Assembly: GCF_035285525.1 (NCBI RefSeq)
Contig: NZ_JAYKGW010000050.1
Location: 10,288 to 42,287 of the forward strand
Direction: 5' to 3'
Origin: Okeania sp.
GTDB lineage: Bacteria > Cyanobacteriota > Cyanobacteriia > Cyanobacteriales > Microcoleaceae
Length of the DNA: 32,000 nucleotides
The notes under the pieces were generated by a model. It was not told the DNA's origin, searched no databases, and saw only the letters and a list, made by a program, of their open reading frames with translations. The position numbers and the translations under genes were made by a program. Positions 17,361 to 25,268 of the stretch are shown one piece after another (positions within the stretch are counted from its first letter, which is position 1; each line of letters opens with the position of its first letter).

Positions 17361-17900
17361 TTACAACTTTTGATTGTAAGGTAATTTTGCCAGTAACATA
17401 GCCAGGGCGCAAGTATTAGTAATGCCAGCAAACAGAAGTCCGCATCCGATAAAACCACTAAGAATTAAAAACCATTGGGAAACAAATGCTCCTAAAAGTG
17501 TACCTGTTACGACTAAAAAACCTGTTACAATTTGTACCTGACGCATCAGACTTATAGGAGCATTACGATTAATAATAGTTGGTAGTCCTGCTTTTTTCCA
17601 GGCTTCGATACCACCATCAAGCTGAGTCACTTTCTCGAAACCTACCGCCAATAGCTTTTTGGCTGCTTGACCAGAGCGGTTGCCAGCTTGACAGTAAAGA
17701 ACTAATGTTTTATCTGGCTCTGTGGGAATTTGATGAGGTTCAAATTTAGACAAGGGGACTAATACAGCTTGGGGAATATGTTCCCCTGCATATTCTGACG
17801 CTTCCCGAACATCAACCAGAGTGGCTAGGTTGTCATCTAACCAAGATTTTAAGGTATCTGCATCAACGGTTTGTAATGGGTTGTAATTAAGAGTTGTCAT
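17361..17900 (-). CDS. Membrane-anchored rhodanese (YgaP-like: rhodanese domain plus DUF2892-type C-terminal hairpin)
   Basis: The rhodanese active-site loop is YCQAGNRS. The C-terminal hydrophobic hairpin is VTGFLVVTGTLLGAFVSQWFLILSGFIGCGLLFAGITNTCALAMLL. ATG start at 17900. Confidence 0.88.
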   Translation of the reverse strand: MTTLNYNPLQTVDADTLKSWLDDNLATLVDVREASEYAGEHIPQAVLVPLSKFEPHQIPTEPDKTLVLYCQAGNRSGQAAKKLLAVGFEKVTQLDGGIEAWKKAGLPTIINRNAPISLMRQVQIVTGFLVVTGTLLGAFVSQWFLILSGFIGCGLLFAGITNTCALAMLLAKLPYNQKL

Positions 17901-17947
17901 CTAATTTTGAATTAAAATATTCAGTAATAGAGCGATTCGAGAAAAAT

Positions 17948-18293
17948 CAATAGCTATTGGTAGGGTGCGTTTCGCTACGCTAACGCACCAAGACTGCATA
18001 TATAATATAGTGCGTTTGCTATTGGTAGTGGACTGTTTCACCTTAAATGTTGCAATAGATGTAGGTTGGGTTGTTTGCGCACTTCATTGGGAAGCAGGGG
18101 AGGAAACCCAACAACAATCTTTCTCCTGTACGGACGTTTTCGGCGCTTGAGCCGACATAAAACGCATTTTTGTTATGCAACGTCCTTACCTTACTCCCCT
18201 AATCCCTAATGCACTATTTTAAGTGAAACAGTCCTTTAGGGTGCGTTACGCTACGCTAACACACCCTACTAACAACGTTCATGGGTAAGTCCT
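17948..18293. mobile_element. Composite/nested repeat complex derived from family A elements
   Basis: Only the right end (catgggtaagtcc + TA, 18280-18294) is intact. It contains two copies of the tagggtgcgtt..gctacgctaac.cacc palindrome (17961-17990 and 18236-18268). It also contains an inner element with ends ggactgtttcaccttaaatgttgca / tgcactattttaagtgaaacagtcc (18029-18235) and a tcggcgcttgagccga hairpin motif (18140). Confidence 0.5.
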
Positions 18294-18300
18294 AACTAAT

Positions 18301-18999
18301 TTAGACAGTAGCTGCCACTTTACCACAACCTTGATTAGCGGGGACTGCCTCTGCTATTTTTTTAGGGTTAGGCAAATTAAGATTGCTCATAAGTTCAATG
18401 AAACTATCGCGATTGTGTCCCACAAAACGAGGATTGAACTGCTTTTCTTCTCCAATGGTAGAAACGGTTTGACCTCTATAATCGTGACCAGGATAAACTA
18501 ATGTATCATCTGATAAGGTAAATAGTTTCTGAGTAATGTGATCGTATAGTGTTCCTGCATCTCCACTTTGAAAATCTGTACGACCGCAACCTCTTATTAA
18601 CAGAGCATCTCCTGTCAAAAGACTATCATTATTTACGAGATAAGCCATGTGGCAATCGGTATGACCAAGGGTGCTGATCGCTTTAATTTCAATTTTCCCT
18701 ACTTTTAATACTTCTCCATCTTTAATGAAGCAGTCTGCACAATCAACTTTAGCATTTTCCGGGAGGACTCCCTGACAACCTTTTAGTTTTCTTAATTCCC
18801 CTGTTCCTGTTACATGGTCAGCATGAATATGGGTTTCTAAACAATATTTGAGTGTGAGTCCGAGTTCGTCTATGAGTTTAGCATCCCGTTCCACTTGTTC
18901 TAGAACTGGATCGACTAAAGCTGCTTCTTTAGCACTCATATCGGCAATTAAGTATGTATAAGTGCTGGTTTCTGGATCAAACAATTGACGTAATAGCAT
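18301..18999 (-). CDS. Persulfide dioxygenase (ETHE1-type metallo-beta-lactamase fold)
   Basis: The N-terminus is MLLRQLFDPETSTYTYLIAD...EAALVDPV. The metal motif is THIHADHVTG, followed by later His/Asp ligands (GHTDCH, GDALL, PGHDY). Length is 232 aa. Confidence 0.9.
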   Translation of the reverse strand: MLLRQLFDPETSTYTYLIADMSAKEAALVDPVLEQVERDAKLIDELGLTLKYCLETHIHADHVTGTGELRKLKGCQGVLPENAKVDCADCFIKDGEVLKVGKIEIKAISTLGHTDCHMAYLVNNDSLLTGDALLIRGCGRTDFQSGDAGTLYDHITQKLFTLSDDTLVYPGHDYRGQTVSTIGEEKQFNPRFVGHNRDSFIELMSNLNLPNPKKIAEAVPANQGCGKVAATV

Positions 19000-19233
19000 T
19001 TTTTTCTTATTTAAAGTTACTTAATTGTTTTAAGTCAAATCATACCAGGTTACAAGCTCCAGATTTTATATTTAATAGTTATTTAATCTGAACTGAAATT
19101 TTGGCTCAAAAAAGTTAATTCAATAGATATGTCCACAATATTTATAGAAAATAGATATAGGATCAAAACCACATCAAGCTATAAAAGCTAACAAAAATTC
19201 TTTATTCACTTATAATAACTAATAACTTGATCA

Positions 19234-19386
19234 GGACTTACCCATGATCGACGAGTTTTAGTCATTTGAGAGCAAAAACGCTATGGTTTGCGATCGCAAA
19301 CCAGCGCTTTTTATGTCCCATAGCGTTTCATGTCGGCGCTTGAGCCGAAAACGCAATGAGAGAAATAGGTTGCTTTGGGTAAGCCC
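19234..19386. mobile_element. Family A MITE-like element, 153 bp
   Basis: The ends are ggacttacccat / tttgggtaagccc. CA and TA lie outside the ends. It contains the tcggcgcttgagccga hairpin motif and a HIP1-centred palindrome (ggtttgcgatcgcaaacc). Confidence 0.55.
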
Positions 19387-19724
19387 TATGTGATTTAATC
19401 AACTTAGATGAGAGATGATGAGTATTCCATAGAACAACTAGCAACCCCCTTGGCGGTTAGGACATAGACTAATGATGAATGTTAGACTAGGAAACACTTT
19501 TCCAGCTGTTCCCTTTTCCCTGTTCCCTGCTATAAAACTAGATTTTGTACTCAGATAAAATTTATGAATCATAAAGCTTTGATCAAAAATTAAAAGCAAT
19601 AGCTTATAGCTGACGGCTGAATGCTTACTCAGGAAGTACGTTTATTGATTGACAATAGATTAATATTCTGGTACATTAGCAATGGCAATTCAATGGGAAA
19701 GTTACATTAATAATACCTAAAAAT

Positions 19725-21416
19725 ATGGTAAAGAAAAAAAATTTTAACTTGGATTTATTAAAAGATTTTTGGTCAATTGCAAAACTTTATTGGTTCTCAG
19801 AACAGAAATGGCAAGCTAGGGGTTTATTATTGTTGGTAATTGTTTTATTAGGAACATTTACGGTATTTAATTTATTACTAACAAATCAACGAGCCGAATT
19901 TATTTCTGCACTATCTGCTCAAGATTCTGATAGATTTTGGCGCTCAATTATACAATTTTTTGGTACAATTGTATTTGCTGTACCTTTTGTGTCTTCCTAC
20001 TCTTTTGTTCGACAAAAACTTAGTGTATTTTGGCGGAAGTGGATGACTCATGGTTTTCTGAAAAATTATTTAAGCGATCGCTCTTTTTATAAAATTAGTT
20101 ACAACCAAGAAATTGATAATCCAGACCAACGTATCTCTCAGGATATCAAAAGTTTTACAGACCAATCTCTAAGTTTTTTGGTGACTATTATCAATGCCAT
20201 ATTTCAGTTATTTGGTTTTAGTGCTTTGTTATGGTCAATTTCTAAACCATTGGTATTTTTTGTAATTATTTACGCTATTGCTGGTACAGTAATTACAACC
20301 GGGGTATTTGGTAAAGCTTTAGTAGGAATTAATTTTGAACAATTGAAGCGAGAAGCTAACTTTCGTTTTGGTTTAATTAGAATTAGAGAAAATGCTGAAT
20401 CTATCGCTTTTTATGGTGGAGAAAAACAGGAGTTACAGCAAGCAAATAATCTATTTAATGATGCGTTTAATAATTTTAATCGGTTAATTCAATGGCAACT
20501 ATATTTGGATATTTTTAGAAATAGTTATGATTTTATTACCTGGGCATTACCATCTATAATTATCGGTCAACGTGTGCTTTCTGGGGAACTAGAAGTAGGA
20601 GTGATTACTAAAGCTGGAGCCGCTTTTGCTATTATTTTAGGTTCTTTAACAGTTATAGTCGATCAATTAGATAGACTGACAGAATTTGCTGCTGGAATTA
20701 ATCGTTTATCTACTTTTTGCGATGCTATTGAATCATCTCCTCAAGTTCCGGAAAAGGAATCAACTATTGATACAGTAGTAAATTCTCATTTAGCATTAGA
20801 ACATTTAACATTAAAAACTCCTAATTATCAAAGAACTTTAGTCAAAGATATTTCCTTGAAAATACCCAAAGGAAAAGGGTTATTAATTATGGGAGCTAGT
20901 GGCAGTGGAAAGAGTTCAGTTTTAAGAGCGATCGCTGGTTTATGGAACTCTGGTACAGGAGCTATTTATCGACCTGAATTAGATGAAATATTATTCTTAC
21001 CTCAGAAACCTTATATGATTTTAGGTTCTCTACGTCAACAACTTTTATATCCCCACACTAATCGAGATACTTCTGATGTAGAAATACAACAAGTTTTAAA
21101 AAGAGTAAATCTCTCTCAATTAGAAGAAAGATTCGGTGGTTTAGATACAGTAGAAAATTGGAGTCAAGTTTTGTCAGTAGGAGAACAACAAAGAATTGCT
21201 TTTGCTAGACTATTTTTAACTAAACCTAAGTATGTAATTCTGGATGAAGCAACCAGTGCTTTAGATGTACCAAGTGAGGAAATTTTATATCAACAATTAC
21301 AAGAAAAATTGACAACATTCATTAGTGTTGGGCATCGTCCAACTTTAATAAATTATCATCAACAATTACTAGAAATTACTCCTAATGAGTCTTGGGAACT
21401 CAAATCTATTGCGTAA
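19725..21416 (+). CDS. ABC transporter, fused permease/ATPase (ABC_membrane_2, ABCD/YddA-like)
   Basis: The N-terminal part is a ~330-aa multi-TM domain. Walker A is GASGSGKSS, the signature is LSVGEQQR, and Walker B is YVILDEATSALD. ATG start. Confidence 0.92.
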   Translation: MVKKKNFNLDLLKDFWSIAKLYWFSEQKWQARGLLLLVIVLLGTFTVFNLLLTNQRAEFISALSAQDSDRFWRSIIQFFGTIVFAVPFVSSYSFVRQKLSVFWRKWMTHGFLKNYLSDRSFYKISYNQEIDNPDQRISQDIKSFTDQSLSFLVTIINAIFQLFGFSALLWSISKPLVFFVIIYAIAGTVITTGVFGKALVGINFEQLKREANFRFGLIRIRENAESIAFYGGEKQELQQANNLFNDAFNNFNRLIQWQLYLDIFRNSYDFITWALPSIIIGQRVLSGELEVGVITKAGAAFAIILGSLTVIVDQLDRLTEFAAGINRLSTFCDAIESSPQVPEKESTIDTVVNSHLALEHLTLKTPNYQRTLVKDISLKIPKGKGLLIMGASGSGKSSVLRAIAGLWNSGTGAIYRPELDEILFLPQKPYMILGSLRQQLLYPHTNRDTSDVEIQQVLKRVNLSQLEERFGGLDTVENWSQVLSVGEQQRIAFARLFLTKPKYVILDEATSALDVPSEEILYQQLQEKLTTFISVGHRPTLINYHQQLLEITPNESWELKSIA

Positions 21417-21575
21417 GCATAAGGAAGGAGGCTTTACTTATCTAGGAGAGAAGCTTTAAGAGAAGAAAAAACCTTATATGGCGGTAGATATTTCTGCAAC
21501 TTTTACACAAACTATACCAACGGACATGATATTACTCCCTCTTCCCTGTTCCCTCAAAGCAATAAATTTTTGATA

Positions 21576-21672
21576 GGACTTACGCAGGCGCACTCAGAAA
21601 CCCGGTTTCTCCTATGTTTATTGTCAAAAACAATGATTTACCATAGAAACCGGGTTTCTCCCGTGTAAGTCC
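21576..21672. mobile_element. Family A MITE-like element with family D palindromes inside, 97 bp
   Basis: The ends are ggacttacgca / cgtgtaagtcc. Internal motifs are agaaacccggtttct (21596-21610) and agaaaccgggtttct (21645-21659). Confidence 0.6.
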
Positions 21673-21697
21673 TGAACTATTCAGCCGAACATTATCA

Positions 21698-21956
21698 GGA
21701 CTTACCCATAAACGCTATTAGTAGTACATTGTTTCACCTTAAATGGTGCAATAGCTGTAGGTGACAAAAATGTTTCTCCCCTACTCCCCTACTCCCTAAT
21801 CCACCATTTTAGATGAAACAGTCCAGTAGGGTGTGTTTTGCGTTCCGCAAAGCTCCGCTTTATATGTCGGCTCAAGCGCCGAAACGCTAAGCGACATGAA
21901 AAGCGCACAACGCACAACGCACCGACACACTATATACACTACCTTTGCGCAAGTCC
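21698..21956. mobile_element. Family A element carrying a nested second element, 259 bp
   Basis: The ends are ggacttacccat / tttgcgcaagtcc. Apart from a ~110-bp insert, it is collinear in reverse orientation with the 28703-28854 copy. The insert has its own inverted ends, tgtttcaccttaaatggtg / caccattttagatgaaaca (about 21730-21822). Confidence 0.6.
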
Positions 21957-22184
21957 TGATTATATTATTCCCTGTTCCTTCCCTAAAAATAAATTTTTAA
22001 CTTTCTTCAAAATGGAGATGCACCCTGACAAATTAGAAATTGTCTACCAACATCTGAACAAATAGGTCTACTAATATAGCAGTCGAAGGAAAGATTAGGA
22101 CATTGATAAATGCTCAAACTCTGTCGAAGCTTACTTTTGACTTTTGACTTTTGATTTGCATGTAGCGCTATAGCAGCTTTGTGT

Positions 22185-22210
22185 GTGCCAGATTTAATTC
22201 TGGCACTTTT
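22185..22210 (+). terminator. Orphan intrinsic-terminator-like hairpin in ORF-free DNA
   Basis: The stem is gtgccag (22185-91), the loop is atttaatt, and the return stem is ctggcac (22200-06), followed by tttt. No CDS lies upstream within about 750 bp. Confidence 0.45.
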
Positions 22211-22405
22211 ATTAACAATAAATCCGTAAATAACATTGTTCAGCTTGAATAGTTAATTATAGAGACATAAAGCAGTCGAAGCCAAGAACGCAGACATTTA
22301 TAAATAATGAAACTCTTTGCTAGATACTGTTCTCTGTTCTCTGTTCACTGTTCCCTAGCGCGTAGCGCCATAACACATTGCTAAAACACACAAAGGAAAA
22401 AAAAT

Positions 22406-22822
22406 ATGAATATCAAAGCTCTTGCTCTTGCATCTGTTATTGGTTTATCTGTTCCTGCGATCGCAGATATTGCCTTAAGCTCTCATCCTGCTGCTGCAAT
22501 GCCTACTGATTTTGTCCGTCCAACCGGAGCTTTCATGGATAATAGCCAAAATTGGGTTGTTTGGCTAAGATTAGATGAGTTTGGCAACTATACTTATGAA
22601 GGTCTGGATCGAAAAAATGGCGGTTCTCTAAATTTGAAAAATGCCTCTATGAGAGGGAATAGTCGGCGGTATACTTATACTTTTGAAAACACAGGTTACA
22701 AATATATTATTGCTCATCGACCAAAAGAGCCATCAATTATCCGCCTAACTGTAGTTAGTCCACAAGGAAAAGTAATCTTGAATCGTCTAATGGAAAGAGT
22801 TGGTAATGATTGGGACTTGTAA
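22406..22822 (+). CDS. Hypothetical small secreted protein
   Basis: ATG start with a purine-rich stretch (aaaggaaaaaaaat) upstream. The signal peptide is MNIKALALASVIGLSVPAIADIALSSHPAAA. A good terminator follows. Confidence 0.65.
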   Translation: MNIKALALASVIGLSVPAIADIALSSHPAAAMPTDFVRPTGAFMDNSQNWVVWLRLDEFGNYTYEGLDRKNGGSLNLKNASMRGNSRRYTYTFENTGYKYIIAHRPKEPSIIRLTVVSPQGKVILNRLMERVGNDWDL

Positions 22823-22880
22823 AAACAATTGTCGTTTGAGTAGATTTAATCCTGACATTATCAAACAATTAAATAGTTTC

Positions 22881-22915
22881 AAAGCTTCCAAATTTTTTGA
22901 GAAGCTTTTTTTATT
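22881..22915 (+). terminator. Rho-independent terminator of ORF 22406-22822
   Basis: The stem is aaagcttc (22881-88), the loop is 12 nt, and the return stem is gaagcttt (22901-08), followed by ttttatt. It lies 59 nt after the stop codon. Confidence 0.55.
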
Positions 22916-22998
22916 AAACCTGTTTCACATATTTGTCTATAATAGTGTAAATTTAGTTAAAAGGAAACTAAAAATAAAACTTTGACTAATCTAAATAA

Positions 22999-23514
22999 GT
23001 AAGCATTCAGCCGTCAGCTATTAGCTATCAGCTATTGCTTTTAGTTTGTAATAAAAGCTTTTTCATTTTAGAATAAAAATTACTACAAAAGCCAGTTTTT
23101 AGGTCTATATTGCTGGAAATATTCTCCTTAGGACTTACGCAAAGGCACTATATATAGCGTATCATTCCCGGAGATTATCCGGTAACGCACCCTACTAATA
23201 GCGTTCATGCTATATTGCTTGAAATATTCTCCTTAAGCTTGAGGTTTTTATTGCTGAATGGGAGGGCATTCCGTCGGAATATCTGATAGCTATCAGCGTA
23301 ACCATTCAGCCTTCAGCTATCAGCTATTGTTTTTAGTTTTTGATATAAGTTTGATGATAAGGTTCCCGATAAATCAGAAATTTTATCTGACTAAAAAATT
23401 CAGTTTTAAAGTCTATATTCGTTTAAATATTCTCCTTAAGGTTGAAGTTTTTCTTGCTGTTAGCGCAGCTCCTCCGCAGGAGGCTAGCTGAGGTGCTAAT
23501 AGCTGAATGCTTAC
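22999..23514. mobile_element. Composite family B element (two B units) with a truncated family A element inside
   Basis: The outer ends are gtaagcattcagc / gctgaatgcttac. An 8-bp direct repeat, ctaaataa, flanks the whole 516 bp at 22991-22998 and 23515-23522. A second B-like left end occurs near 23290. A family A fragment at 23131-23209 is flanked by a 26-bp duplication. Confidence 0.75.
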
Positions 23515-23577
23515 CTAAATAAAATCAAAAATTCAGAAAAATTAGACATTAATAATAATAAACTACTTGATGGTATA

Positions 23578-24570
23578 ATGTATATCAATTCTCCTTATTA
23601 TATAGAACGTACTGAAGAACTAATCTGTTATTTAGAAATTAATAAACCAGGGGGATTTATTTGTATCAAAGCACCTAAACAAATGGGAAAAACTTCTCTA
23701 TTGATGAGAATTATTGCTTATTGTAAAAAACAAGGATATAAAATAATCCGATTAAATTTACAAAAAGTAGATAGTACACTCGGTAAAGATATCAATAAAT
23801 TTTTAAGATGGTTTTGTGCTAATGCAAGTATAAAATTACAATTAGAAGCAAAGTTAAATGAATATTGGGATCAAGATATTAGTAGTATAGAAAGCTGTAG
23901 TTTCTATTTTCAAGACTATCTTCTATCTGTAGTAAATAGTCCCATAGTTTTAGCAATAGAAGAAGTAGATCGTATCTTTCAGTTTCCAGAAATAGCCAAC
24001 GATTTTTTGTCAATGCTAAGGTATTGGTACAAAGAAGCTCAGGAAGTTAAACTATGGCAAAAATTGCGGATAGTATTAGTAGAATCTACAGAAATTTATA
24101 TTAAAATGAATATTAAAAAATCACCATTTAATATGGGGATAGGTATAGATTTATCACCATTTATTTTAGGGCAAATCCAAGAATTAGCAAAATGTTATCA
24201 AATTCAATTATTACCAAGGGAGCAAAAAAAATTAATGGCATTACTTGGCGGTCATCCCTATCTAATTAACATGACTTTTTCCCATATTAAATCTCATCAT
24301 GCTAGCTTACAAAATTTAATTGAAATAGCTGGGGCAGATACAAGTATTTATAGGGATCATTTACATAGACATTTACAAAATATTCGACAATATCCAGAGT
24401 TACAAATAGCTTTTGAAAAGGTATTGCAGGCAGCTACCCCTGTAGAATTAGAAGAATCATTAGCATTTAAGTTAAAAAGTATGGGTTTAGTAGTACAACT
24501 GGAGGGTAATTTGGTTATGCCTAGTTGTGATTTGTATAGGCAATATTTTCAAAAGTTTATTAAAAACTAG
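23578..24570 (+). CDS. AAA_35-type (AAA-like/STAND-like) NTPase, stand-alone
   Basis: The N-terminus SPYYIERTEEL...GGFICIKAPKQMGKTSLL resembles the (Y)YV.R..D......G....I...RQMGKSSL opening that I remember for the Pfam AAA-like domain (PF14516). Walker B is IVLAIEEVD. The ~330-aa length equals the domain alone. Confidence 0.75.
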   Translation: MYINSPYYIERTEELICYLEINKPGGFICIKAPKQMGKTSLLMRIIAYCKKQGYKIIRLNLQKVDSTLGKDINKFLRWFCANASIKLQLEAKLNEYWDQDISSIESCSFYFQDYLLSVVNSPIVLAIEEVDRIFQFPEIANDFLSMLRYWYKEAQEVKLWQKLRIVLVESTEIYIKMNIKKSPFNMGIGIDLSPFILGQIQELAKCYQIQLLPREQKKLMALLGGHPYLINMTFSHIKSHHASLQNLIEIAGADTSIYRDHLHRHLQNIRQYPELQIAFEKVLQAATPVELEESLAFKLKSMGLVVQLEGNLVMPSCDLYRQYFQKFIKN

Positions 24571-25268
24571 AAACAATTTTGTGTAATACCAATTTTATAA
24601 ATTTTTGTACACGAATCAAAATAGTTCCTTTATTTTTCTGCCATAGTTACCCCAAAATACTAATTATACCAATTCCCATGCATTATTGCTATACTTGAGG
24701 AATAATTCAGTTATCAAATAATTAGCACAAACCAAATTATTTTTTACCAATTTTAGCTAAGTTAATGTTAATTTTTATGATGTTTATTTCCCCCTCACTC
24801 CTTTACTCTCCTACTCCCCAGCTCAATCAAATGTAGAAAAGTTTTTGAGAAATGGTATTATTCGCACCTGAGCAACCTAAAAAATTTCACTTTTTCAAAC
24901 CCTAAAAAGGCACTTAGTATTTATCTATGAATCAATACTTTTAGATTTAATAAACAAACCCTAATTAGGGTTTACTGAAAAAAGCAGAGTGTGGGGAGGG
25001 TGGAAAGTGTGGAAAGTCTTGGGAAGGTGGGAAGACAGAGATAGTAGCAGGAATAATTCTTCTTTTATTTTTTGACTCTTGGTTTGCTAAAAATTCTAAC
25101 TTTTTGATATTTTGGGCTGAAAAAGTTGCACTTTTTCAACCCTTTAAAAAGACTATAACCATTAGTATATAAAGACTTTTAGATTTAATCAGCAAACCCT
25201 AATTAATTTGGGATAAACACTTACTGCCTATAGCCAATAGCTAATAGTTTGCAGCTAAATAATTACAA

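Noticed and set aside
23570-23580. Extended -10-like tggtataat overlapping the NTPase ATG, suggesting a leaderless mRNA.
   Set aside because: The hexamer overlaps the start codon itself, so transcription from it would begin downstream of the ATG. It is probably a chance match in AT-rich DNA.
24956-24973. Telomere-like TTAGGG/CCCTAA sequence in the perfect palindrome aaaccctaattagggttt.
   Set aside because: It is a single inverted pair, not an array. The resemblance to eukaryotic telomere repeats is coincidental. It is treated only as a palindrome or hairpin.
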